Source: Octopus vulgaris (Eukaryota). Taken from it: 64,000 nt of DNA. Position 1 is the first letter of the stretch, and the number at the start of each line of letters is the position of its first letter. The notes under the pieces were generated by a model that worked only from the letters and a program-made list of their open reading frames with translations, made no database searches and was not told the DNA's origin. Positions 28,865 through 40,704 of the stretch are shown here, piece by piece. A program made the translations under genes and the position numbers. The stretch covers positions 44,144,001-44,208,000 of the forward strand of contig OX597825.1 of the NCBI GenBank assembly GCA_951406725.2, read 5' to 3'.

Positions 28865-29789
28865 TTACACACACACACATATATATACATACATACACGT
28901 GTATTTTCGAATGCATGCGTATGTGAATATACATACATATATTTATTTATTTATGCACAGAAAAATATACACATATACGTAGACATACCGCGTCGAAGTT
29001 AGTCAAGTTGGCATAAGAGACTATTCATTTTTGTAATGAATACTTTTTGCTAGAGCTATTATATCATTGATACAAGCCCAGTAAAAAATTGATTATCTAC
29101 TTTGAATAAATGTGAAAAAACTCCTGTTTTACGGAAGACCATCGCAGTAATCAAGCGGGGAAAATTTAACTGAAACTCAACACGTGGAATTACTACTATA
29201 TACACCATAACTGGACAGGATACTTAGATCCACTATCACAAAACCCCTATCATTTCTATAAACTTACTAGTTCCCTCGATTGGCTACACGAAAATAACGA
29301 AGCATAATAGTGATCTAAATTTTTCCAGCTACTCGAATATCAGTGTGAAACAGTTACAGCAGACTTCATCAAGACATTTTTTGTTGTTATCCCCAACGAC
29401 CACCAAAATTGCACAGTAAATAAGAGTCAGACCAGACCATGGAATTCTAAGAAAACTGTAAACAAGGATAACGACCGATGCAATAACAATACAACAAAAA
29501 TTAACATGTACAGGTGTACACGAAGGAGCAGTAACTGATCGTGGACGAAAAATAGCATTGAGTGAAGAATATAGAGGACTAAAATCACAGTTAACAAAAT
29601 TCAAACAAAACTTCATTCATTAATAAAGAATTACATGAGAGAGCACGAATCGAAAGAAAATCCACCAAAATAATGTCATCCACAATCGACCAAGTAACGA
29701 CTAGCAGGAATCAAAAATTCCCAACTTTTGGATATTGCATGTTCTGCTAAACTTTGCTGCGATTACCATTCACCAACATATGGGAGTTA

Positions 29790-32047
29790 TGAGGGTTTGT
29801 TGAAAAGTTCAAAGGCTGAAGAAGATACTCTCATGGAACGTGACCAAATGATGTTTATTTTCAATATAGTCCCTCTTGTGTGTGTCCCCCACTTCTTCCA
29901 TCAGTGTTGTAATGTTTGGATCACATTTGCGAAAAGCTTTCATCCTGTTGGTCAAAAAAGTCATCAACAACAGATATGACGTCATTATCAATGCAATACT
30001 TGTTCCTAGCCAAGTGTCTTTTTATGTTGGGAAATAAATGTGTAGGGAATACGACCGTACGTAAGGAGTTGGTGACAAATGTCTCCTTTAAAACGCCGCA
30101 CTGTCGCCCCTAACAAAATAAGAAGCCAAATACATGATATAAAATACAGTGCCAAAAGGAATAAATGAGGACAACAAACCGTTCTACTGTTTGGGAGAGA
30201 AGACTTTATTTACATTGGGTACAAAGAGAAAGTGTGTGAGTGCTAGCAAAGTGGAGTGTCTGTGTGCATGCGACAAGTGCTTTGTGTCTGTGTGTTCGTG
30301 TGTGCGACAAAAGGTGTATGCGTATAAAACAGAATACAGAGCATAAGATCAGCATATTGAGTTAAGATGGAATTAGTTTACCAGTTCGTAAGTGAGGTAC
30401 AAAATAGCAATAGTTCTGTAACAAGATGTTGGGGTCACGAGGCAGAATGCCGGTTGGACACATGTTGTGTAGCGGTTCTGGCTTCAATGCCGTGCCGAGT
30501 CTCTTGATACAGGAAGTTCTTTCAGGTAGACTGTAGCTGTTTAGCTCGATGAAATATTTATAACAGCGTGGAGTTTAAACCTGGACGATGTTGATGTGTA
30601 CATATTGCTGAAGTCGACGGAGATGGAGACGACGTAGAGATGAAGGACGACGATGATGGCGGCGGCAGAGAAAGGCGACGTCTAGATGAGGGCGACGGAG
30701 ATGGAGAACGTCCTGTCTGTCGCTGGTGTAAGTTAGCGTCATCATGGCTGGAGCAGGAGCATGGTTGGCTGGCTGGTCGTCTGTCGCTAGAACTGGAACA
30801 TGGCTGAGTAGCTCTGTGGTCAGTGACTAGACCTTAGAAAGTCTAGAGCCAAAGACGAACTAGCCTTTTTATAGGGTTTAGGTGGCTCAAATGAAGTAGA
30901 CCTTATCCGAAGGCCATGATTTGTTGGCTTACACACTGGCGCGAAATAAGTCAAAAGACAAATTGTGTCAAATGCCAACCAATCAGAGCAGTGGACACAA
31001 CAGGGTCAAACTAGCAACAGATGGTTGTTATCTAGCACGAGGTCATTCCTAATATGTCTGTCAAACAGTGAGGATATCAGTTACGCTACAAATGATAGTC
31101 AGATGGGATCAAATCAGGAGAATAGTGAATGTGATCGATCAGTTCAAACCCAGTTATGAAACTAAGGACTTGTGTACTGGAGCATTGTCTTCATGAAACA
31201 AGACCCCTTTCACTGGGTGTTTGGTCTTGATATCGTTCGTAACTATCTCAGTAAGTTGGCACAATACTCTCTATTGATGGTATAGCCCTCTTGAAGATAA
31301 TCAATATGCACAATGTCTGTAGATGAAATGACCTTGGCCTTCTTTGGAGCAGGGTGAGGAGGGGTGTTCCCACTGCATGAATTGTTTCTTTGCCTTTGGC
31401 TCAAAGTGATGAACCCAACACTTATTCTAGGTAAGGAAACGTTCAAGGAAACCAGCTGGATCTGCCTCAAATAATGTCAGATTTTCCAGTGATGTGATTA
31501 GCCAGGTGCGCTTTTGATCAGTTGTCAGAAGATGTGGCATCCACCGAGAAGAAACCTTCATCATGCCAAGTTCATTGTGCAGAATATTCTCAACTGTGTC
31601 ACGGGATATGCTTATAGCATTGCGTATTTGATTTATAGTCAATCGTTTGTCATCCATCATGTGATGACCACGATTAATGTTCTCCTTGGTGCTGGCAGTT
31701 GCAGAACGTCTAGACGTTTGGTCATCTTCAAGACATTCCCTTCCCCTCCTGAATCCAGCTGCCCACTTTTACACTGCTGATAAAGCTGGAGTGTCATCTC
31801 TTAATGTAGCAACCATGTAAGAATGAATGTCCTTGAGGGTCATATCCTTTTTTCTGCAGGTACTCGATAACACCACGACGCCAAATGTTGAGCAGTTTCA
31901 AGAGAAGTTGCAACTGGTTACTTCTGAAGTCTTCTTTGAACAGTTAGATGTCAGTACTTGGAAAGAAACAATGCAATAAGAGTTGAAATTTACTGTTTTA
32001 ACATCAGTCCTTCATAGTCAGCCGATGAACTTTCCAGCCCACCCGCG
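29790..32047 (-). mobile_element. Mariner (DD34D) transposon, near full length, interrupted by a solo LTR
   Basis: About 30-bp TIRs (GAGGGTTTGTTGAAAAGTTCAAAGGCTGA / TCAGCCGATGAACTTTCCAGCCCACCCGCG) with TA TSD; RWMPHLLT motif (31427-31660); YSPDLIPSDY|HLFPNIK split by the LTR. Confidence 0.9.
30041..31090 (-). mobile_element. Solo LTR, 1050 bp
   Basis: TGTAG...CTACA termini, 4-bp TSD AATG on both sides, minus-strand TATAAAAA (30866-30873) and AATAAA (30205-30210). Confidence 0.85.
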
Positions 32048-32329
32048 TACAAAGATCGATTTTAACGAGAATAAAGAATACAAAATGTTTTAACTCCTTC
32101 CTGACAAATTTAGACAGAGTTGAGGAAAATATTATACAGCTGGATATTATCATTAAACGTAAAGTGGATAAAAATTCACGAGCCACCAATTGCAACTTCA
32201 TGATAAATTATTTAAGACCTGTGGGGACTGTCAATAAGAGGCACTAATGGGCAATTGGATTACAGACAGCAACCGCTAAGTGAAGTAGTAGAACGCAAAA
32301 CCATCAAAAGCAAATTTGAATTTAACCTA

Positions 32330-34250
32330 TAAGCGATTTATCACTGTGTACTACGAAGGTTGTACAGGTCCTTCCTCGGATTGATCTAGAGTAATTTTTG
32401 AGAGGCATGTGGAATGTAAACAATCACAATCGAGATGCAACGTGGTCACATGAATAAGTTCCGTGCAAACGTCTCTCCCAAAACTTATAAAATCAATAGT
32501 ACTGAATGGAAAGTTACCTGATAGTCAGTTATTGGTACCAAAATCTCATGTTCTACAGAGTAGCCCTCGATAACTTTTTCTATGAATATTGAAATTGATT
32601 TGCCAGATTGGTTGGCAGTTGATCATACAATACTAGTAGAGGGAAAGCAGAAAACGTATATGGCCAAAACCTACTGCCTCACAGCGTGAGTAAATGTGAG
32701 GTATAAAATATACACAAGTTGTTTGAATGCATTGCCCAAGGATCAGTACAAAACAATATGAAGACTGATAGGCAAGAGGTCATAGAGGAAGCTTGGGGTA
32801 TGGTGAACATTTCTCCTACAAAGTTGTCCTGAAAGAAACGAAACAGCATCGCTGAATCCTTTTGACTGTTTTGTTTGAATGCGAGGCGTTTGACTCTCCT
32901 CCTAACTCATAAATAAGAGCATCACAACACTTTGCCGAGGTTCTAACTGCTATAGTGCATGTCACTAAGAGACTGACAATAATATGGCCACATAGCTATC
33001 GATCTGAAGCTTCCACTATAGTCACTAACAGAATTAGGCTATAAAAAAAAAAAAATTCTGGATGACAAAGGTTACGTGATAGAATCTGCAGACGGAAGAA
33101 AAATTAATGTGGCTCTCATAATTGTTGCTGATGACTTTAGGCTGTATTCGTGTAATATATCCGGCATGAAGAGACAGAATTGGTCACAACATTCTTCTGA
33201 GAACTAAGAATGGATTTTGGTCAAGACAAACCTTCATATTTAGTAGTCAAATGAGGAAAGATTATCGACCAAGTAAGGGATGCGGATATTAATGACCTGT
33301 CTATCTCTTATCACCAATGATGAATGTTGCAAATAGTTCGGAATGAACGAGAATATTGCGCATATTAGTAAAGCTAGAGTGACAAAAGAATACTTCAGCA
33401 CTCCATATTCTGATATGGAATTCACAGCTGTCTGCATTCAATAAAACCATAACCCATGATACTTTCGCTGAGCCAGTGCTAGTACAAACATTTGGGATAC
33501 TAAGCTAGACATTTGAAGAGGCCCACAGCTTGGATATCAGGTCTAGAAAGATACTAACAATGACAGGTAGATTCCATCTCAACAACAACACTGACAAGGT
33601 CTATGTTAAACGGTGGAATGGAGATAGCTATGTAAGATCAACCCGGACAGTATTTAGGTGCCGCATCGCGCAGTTTAGTAAACACCTACAGAACAGTAAA
33701 GAGAGAAATTAGTATATGCCGTATATATTCAACAGGATGGCAATATCATCAGAATATTTATCGGAGAACTCTTGAACGGGTACTCGGAGTATACAGCTGT
33801 TCATTGTGAACCAAGTGTAGCTTGGCGGATCTACATAAACAGAGAAATACTCATCCTACCTAAAGGAAGTTATGCATGGGTACCTACGTCACATGCTATA
33901 GAAGACCAACAACATTGACAAGAAAAACAGCCTGATTTAGCTATCACAGCTCCAAGCTGTGATAACTAAATCACATCTCACCGAGAAGGCTATGCCTATG
34001 CTTTCAAAGAACAGGAAATAGCTATAAAATATCTGATCAGCAAGAGAGATAACGATCTCTTTGGTCTCCACTTCTAGACTGTGATAGAAAGTGTTGATTG
34101 TGACATGTGTGGAAGATATTTCTCCTATCATAAGCAGTTGTCGAAAAATGTCCGCAAGACACTACCTTCCTATGAGACATGACATTATCGTTATGACTAT
34201 CCGCAACACTAAATTCAGGAAGGATTGTCATGAAGAAATACAAAAGGCAC
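32330..34250 (+). mobile_element. Old degenerate R4/Dong-like LINE (RT through CCHC knuckle)
   Basis: VADDFRLYS (about 33124-33150), MDFGQDK, DIRSRKILTMTGRFHLN..KVYVKR (33530-33712), VEDISPIISSC..RHD. Confidence 0.65.
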
Positions 34251-34675
34251 ACCAGAACTAGAAAGTATCCACAACTTTAAGACTAAAGAATACAGTTAGA
34301 ACATTCGAATAAACAACAAATCGCTGTAAGTACAATACGTAAAATATTGATGCATGGGATACGAATACACGCACACAATTACATATAGATATGGAATAAA
34401 CATGTACACACAAGCATAAGCAATAAGGAAGCGCATACACTTGAGTACTAACGTGACACGCACATACACAGCGCAAATGTAAATTTATCTGCACCCACAT
34501 GTACGCATATGCAAACGTCAACAAATTCAGATAATCACAAACTCCAAAATCGATCTTGTCTTGAACAAAAACCTTGCTTCCTTGTTAGTGAACAGCTTGA
34601 ATTCTGCTAAAATAAAATCTTAAATATATGCCCCAAGACAAACATATGTATATGTATGTATGTAGTGTATGCATG

Positions 34676-34719
<44 letters not shown>

Positions 34720-35129
34720 TGTGTGTATGTGAGTGTGTGTTTGTGCGTGTGACCTTATAGGAATTCATAGGAATAGAACCAGATCGACTCGTAGGACGCC
34801 AGAAACGGCTAGGTGCGATAACAGAGACCTAAAATTCAAATGTTAGTGCATACCGTATATATATGTACGTACCACATCTATTTAAGCCATAGATCCAACT
34901 CCACACCTTATATCTACACCACACAAAGGATTGTACTGTAGGTGTAAAAACTAAGCGCAAATACCGTTTAAAATTTAAAACAGCTCTCAGGCCATCCCAT
35001 AAACATTGTCCGAAATATCATATATGTAATTTCTATTAAATTATTTACAGTATTCTAAAATGTCAAAATGTATTGATTGATACTCATATGAATTTGGAAA
35101 CCTTTAACGTGACAGGATTTCTTTTTACA

Positions 35130-36255
35130 AAATAATCTGACCGAATTATTTACTAACATAAATTTCTCAAAGATGGATGTATCGAAGGAGCATTTGAGTT
35201 CAAAAAAAGAAACAGTGCAACAGAAGCAAACGGAATTATTCATGTTGTTTGAACGAAAGAAATTGCAGAAGATTGTTTGTAAAGTCGAAAAATGGTGATT
35301 CCAACCTGAGGTTCCACGAATACGACTCCCTGTTGAATTTGATGAAGGGCTTCTTTTGTCAGACCTTAAGAAAGTAACGATGTGTCAATTGAACAATTGG
35401 CAAGCAAGCTCAATTCAAGCCATTCAACTGTTCACTGCCTTCTTCAACAGCTTGGAAAGGCGCCCAAAGTCGGAAAATGATTTGATATAGGCCAACCGAA
35501 AATCAGGAGTTGACATTTACTCAACTCTTCACTCTCGTGAACGTATCTCACTGAATTATTTACGTGAATTAGTACCCAAAAGCCCAAAAGAAGTCGAAAC
35601 TAACCCCCCACTTCCCTTTCATCAAAACCAAAACAAGTTTTTCACCAATAGAATTTTAAAAACTAATAGGAAGATGGAAGGAATTCATCGTTAAAGTTTA
35701 ATCCTGTATATAAATACAGGATTAAACGTTAATAAAAGTTTTTGGATAGATTAGTAATTGGTGATGAAAAATGTATTTTTTAATGAAAATGTTAAGCGAT
35801 GCTTAACATTTAACATTTTAGTTGTGGAGAACAGGTTAAACAAGTCAAAAAGTCTTCCATGTAAAAAAGGTTTTCTTTTTCTTTGATGGGATTGCATTGG
35901 AGTCATTCACTTTGCAACAATAACTGCTCATATCTATTACAATTGGAGTGCTTGGATGCTACTTTGAAGAAAAAAGCCTACTTCGGTGAATCGTAAGGGG
36001 GTGGTGTTTCATCATGATAATGCAAGGCACCACACTGCAAAGAATACATAAAAAAAATTAATCGAAGAACTTGGCTGGGAAAAAATCCCTCCTCCGCCTT
36101 ATTGTCCGAACCTCGCTCCTTCTGATTACCATTTGTTTCGAAGCTTACTGAATCATTTAAATGGATTAGTACTCAAAAGCCCCAAGGAAGTCGAAACTGA
36201 CCTGTGTTTATTCTTCTCATCAAAACCAAACAACTTTTTCACCATGGAATTAACA
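35130..36255 (+). mobile_element. Degenerate, rearranged mariner (DD34D) transposase
   Basis: VIGDEKCI (about 35754), FHHDNARHHTA (36007), PPYCPNLAPSDYHLFRSL (36094); 3' segment duplicated at 35570-35655. Confidence 0.85.
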
Positions 36256-36499
36256 CAAATTTAGTAGTGGTGCAACATTTAATGTGTATATTACCGGGGT
36301 GGCAACGCTGTGCAGGCGAGTAGCTGGATGGACTCTTAGATTATTCAGAATTAGACATATAGATACCTTGCTACTCCTAGGGGGGACATTTGTCCTCAGT
36401 GGTCTGGATTACTGCTCCCAACTATGAAGGTAAGAGAAGGCGAGAAACTAGTAGAAGAATAAAATAATATGTGTGTGTATATATATATATATATATATA

Positions 36500-37351
36500 C
36501 AGGGTGCGATGAATAAACTGTCATCTGAATTATACAACTATGAAAATAAAACTGACATCTCATTTTAACAGATATATTTACCAAAATTACATTAAAATAT
36601 CTTGAAATATAAAGAGTAAATATATTCAATAAAATCGCCATTGACTTCAACTACGGCTTCCCGACGACTTCAGAATCTCCTGCAACTCTTCTGGACGGTC
36701 TCCTTGTTAAGTTGGTGAATGCTGCCATAATCCTTGCCTTTAGTTCATCTTTGGCGCTACAAGGAGTTTTATTAGTCTCTCGCTCAACTGCGCCTCCCAC
36801 CCACAATAATCAAGGGGGTTGTTGACTGGGGAGATAGGTGGCCAGATGTTAGGGGTGGTGTGGTCGCAGAAATTGTCTGACAGTCATGACTGGGTTCTCT
36901 TGCTTGTGTGGCATGGTGCAGAGTCCTGTTGCCAGACATAGGGTATTCCAGCAGCCATCATCTTGACCTAGAGCGGCATTACCTCCTCCAGGCACTCGAT
37001 GTAGGCTTCCATATTATGTTTGAGACCTTGTAGGAAGATGAATGGAGGTATAACGTTGCCATCGCTAGTGATCAATCCAAACACCATTATGTTGACTGGA
37101 TTGGTTTTTATCACTCTCGGTACATGTCCTCAGATTGATACCCAAACACTCTGAAATGTCCGTATTGGAGCTTCCGGCACGAATACCAAGCAGCACAGCA
37201 TGTTGTTTCCAAATTTCTGGCAGAGTAAAATGCGTCATTTTCTACAAAATGCGTGCTTAAAAATCTGGGCGATTGTTAAACCAGTTAAATTTTGTGCAGT
37301 TTAGCGGAACGGTTATTAAAATGTTGGCAGTTCAATAAGTGGATACACTTG
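36500..37351 (-). mobile_element. Internally deleted maT/DD37D-like Tc1/mariner element
   Basis: TA|CAGGGTG terminus in a (TA)n tract and a degenerate opposite end CACTTG|TA; PYVWQQDSAPCHTSKRTQ..IWPPISP..NPLDY..ELKARIMAAF..NGDFIE. Confidence 0.8.
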
Positions 37352-38799
37352 TAAATGAGGTGTAGAATATTTTATTGTTTTATTGATTACATTCATTGGA
37401 TTAGTAACACTCAAGGCCAACACCTTATCGACACCCGAATAAACCGAATGGATCTATAAATAGCAAAGTAGTTTTGTTCGATGCATTATTTTTCGGTCAT
37501 TACCGACGATATATAGATATATACATACATTCATGCATACATACATATATGTATGTACTTTTGTGTGTGTTTGTATGGATGTATATAATTGTGTGTAGGA
37601 GTATTTCTATTTTAGCGAGATATAAATTGAGAGGCAATTAAAACGTGAGGATGCAGTAGTAATCGAAACCATGTTTTCTTATATGGCGCATAACTGACAA
37701 GTGTTTGGACAGATAGCTGATCTACCCTGAACTCTCATAGAGGTGATATTAATACTAACAGAAATATTAAAAAGCACGTGAAGAAAAAGTGCATTAATGA
37801 TTCCGTTTAAACTAATCGTTAATAATGCATTTTTCGCTGGTCTTACTGGTTAAATGAGAGAAAAATTTTGCATTTCATATCTCTAGAGAGTTTTGAGAAT
37901 TTCAACGATTTCATATCTAGCATCACATTAACCAGTTTACGGCCATAGCTCAATTCAATGAGGGATTCTATTTGTTACATGGCTTGGATTATGTCAATAC
38001 ATGCACAGAAATTATGCTTGCCATATTCACGAAGAGTTTTTTTTTTGCATAGTGCTTTACTAATACCCATCGTACAACGAAACAAATTCTTTGACCAACA
38101 AATAGTATTGCATATTGTTTCTGCCTTTCTCCGAAATGTTATAAAAGCACTGAGATAGCTTTAGAAAATTTACACATGTGAGTGCTCTTCCGTTTAAGAA
38201 AACACCAGATAAGGATTATGAAACTATGTTTACTTTCGAATTGCTAAAATGCTAGATTTAGAGGAACGGGAAGTTAGGGATATACGTGGTGTTTAAATGC
38301 GTTGCAGAATGGGTTTACAAATACATCCTTATGACACAGCTGCACTCGCTATAATGAATGAGTAATAATATTTATAGACAGTTATAAAATTAATCTGGAA
38401 CGGTTGGACAGTAATACTGAGAAAACTTAATAGATTAACGTTCAATATGTTTCAAAGAAGGTGGGATAATGTAATTCATTCTCGAAGCAAAAGAGCAGAA
38501 GCAACTGAATAACATGTAAGATATTTGAAGAGAGCTAAACAATCAAAGATCAGGAGAAAAGTAAGGTGAATAGACTAGAAGATAAAAGAATGTCTTCAAT
38601 CGATTCCTCCAGAACTAGAGAACTGGAACCAATTTTTATTAATACAATATCCCAGAATTGACGTTGTATTTCTTTTAGCTTACTAAAATGAAAACACTCC
38701 AACCCCGGAGATGAGACACTGAGAGGCACATGCAAGCATTTCTGCACACTTGTGTATACAAGTGTATAAGTGGGGTGTTTTTCTGCATGTTTCTACTTC

Positions 38800-38975
38800 A
38801 TTCTTTTATTCATTTACGACAATCGATAGGCTGTGGCTATTCTAAAACACGCACACAAGTGTTTAGTCTGTCGTATGTACCCCAGAACTTAACTTAGTCT
38901 GGCAGAATATTTATCTAAGCCATTTGCCAAACTGCTAGGTTATGGTTTATGGCACATTATCGGTCACAGCATAAA
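38800..38975 (-). mobile_element. Degenerate SINE remnant
   Basis: CTGTGGCTATTCT..ACCCCAGAACTTA..TTTGCCAAACTGCTAGGTTATGG, recognised from memory as an Octopus-type SINE body. Confidence 0.35.
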
Positions 38976-39747
38976 CACACACAAGTATAAGTGTATGTAT
39001 ATTTGTATGTATATATACAAACACAAACGTATGTTAATTTTAACAAGGAAGTATTTACAGTTACTTCGAAGTTTTAGTATGTGATTTATTATGGTTCTTT
39101 CGAGTTTTATATGGTCTTTGGTAGGTTGATGTTTTGGTGTATGAAGTGTGAGGCAGAATTAGTGCAGGTGGTGTATGTAGGTAAGGAAAGTGGTTATACA
39201 GGAATGTGAGAACTAGAAGTATGTGTTTGTAGGGTGTGGATTGATAGAAAAGTATGATGAAGAGAGTTATTTTGGTTTAAAATGGGAATTTTGTTATCGT
39301 TCAGGTTCAGTCATGTATGGAAGTAATGAAGTAAACAAATTTGTCATATCTAAGTTACGATATACTTTGTATATAAAGTCGGTTCTTGAGCTACTTTAGG
39401 GTTCACAAAATATTGTTTAAAGTTAGTAACATGGATTAGGTTAGACAGAGTTTGTATTTGGAGTTATCATTAGCTTTCTATTAAGAAACTTAAAATAGGT
39501 AGTTTTATCAGGTTCGGAATGAAACGATGTTACTCTAAATAAATATTAGGGTTCTCTAATCGTTTTCTAGCGTAACTCTTTATGTTCATATTACACAAGT
39601 GTAGACAAATGCATGCATCTAACTGCAATGTTACTAACACTCTCTGTTAAATCCATGAAGATGATGCGTTTTTCTACATATTATACATACATACATACAT
39701 ACATACATACATACATACATACATACATACATACATGCATAGCATAC

Positions 39748-39857
39748 AAAAATCCCCTGTTGTTGATGTTGAAACTCCAATGAAGGAGCCTTGGATCTAG
39801 GTTAGAAACCGGTTGTTTCTCTATTGGCAAGAAATCTTGAAATAAACTGAATAATGA
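39748..39857 (+). mobile_element. Short Penelope-like terminal fragment between (TACA)n tracts
   Basis: CCAATGA-AGG-AGCCT-TGGATCT-AGGTT-AGAAACCGGTT (hammerhead-like layout), then AATAAA. Confidence 0.4.
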
Positions 39858-39915
39858 CATACATACACACACACACACACACACATATATATATGTACAT
39901 ATACATATATACATT

Positions 39916-39967
<52 letters not shown>

Positions 39968-40385
39968 TTTATATATTGCATCCTTGGTTACTTCTACCGT
40001 CAGTGGATTATTTCCTTTTTAGTTTAGAATTGCGTCTACCCGCCTTAATTATTTCATAATTTTCACACTACCATTTTGTGAACTCAGCAATTGATTCCTA
40101 TGGTATTTTCTATAATACTAACAGGCGAGAATTCAGTTTCACTGCCAACAATGAAGTGTGCATTACTGATGAGTATTAATTTATATACGAAAATAGCATA
40201 CTAATCTAATGCAGCTCGCTTGCTGTGGAGAGGTTGCCTCCCCTGTCAATTCAAATAAAACATGTTGTTTATGTGGCTAAAGAGTTTGTGACCCTTATTT
40301 CTTGCAACGCCAGTGCTCACTGCACCCTTGGTCACATTTAGTGACGGTGAATTATTTCCCTTTTAGTTTAAAATTTCGTCTAGCC

Positions 40386-40421
<36 letters not shown>

Positions 40422-40582
40422 ATTAATTCGAGACAAAACCACTATTTTGCAAAACAAACAAGGAAAGACTTAATCAATACATAAACTTTTTAATATAAAG
40501 AAATAAACCGCCACTACAATCGTTTCATGTCTTCAATGACATTCGTCAGGTGGATTTTCGATCTCCTAATCTGTTTTAATTT

Positions 40583-40613
<31 letters not shown>

Positions 40614-40668
40614 TACACAGACACACACACACACACACGTATATATGCATGTATATATAAATACATAC

Positions 40669-40704
<36 letters not shown>

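Noticed and set aside
29040-29730. Possible retroelement remnant (also 39040-39660 and 50040-51110)
   Set aside because: Strand-biased composition suggests old LINE or Penelope debris, but I could not read a diagnostic motif with confidence.
30600-30720. Acidic GAC/GAT/GGA-rich coding-like stretch
   Set aside because: It lies inside the solo LTR, has no long ORF and is a simple internal repeat.
35130-36255. SETMAR-like domesticated gene
   Set aside because: No SET domain; many stops, frameshifts and a rearrangement.
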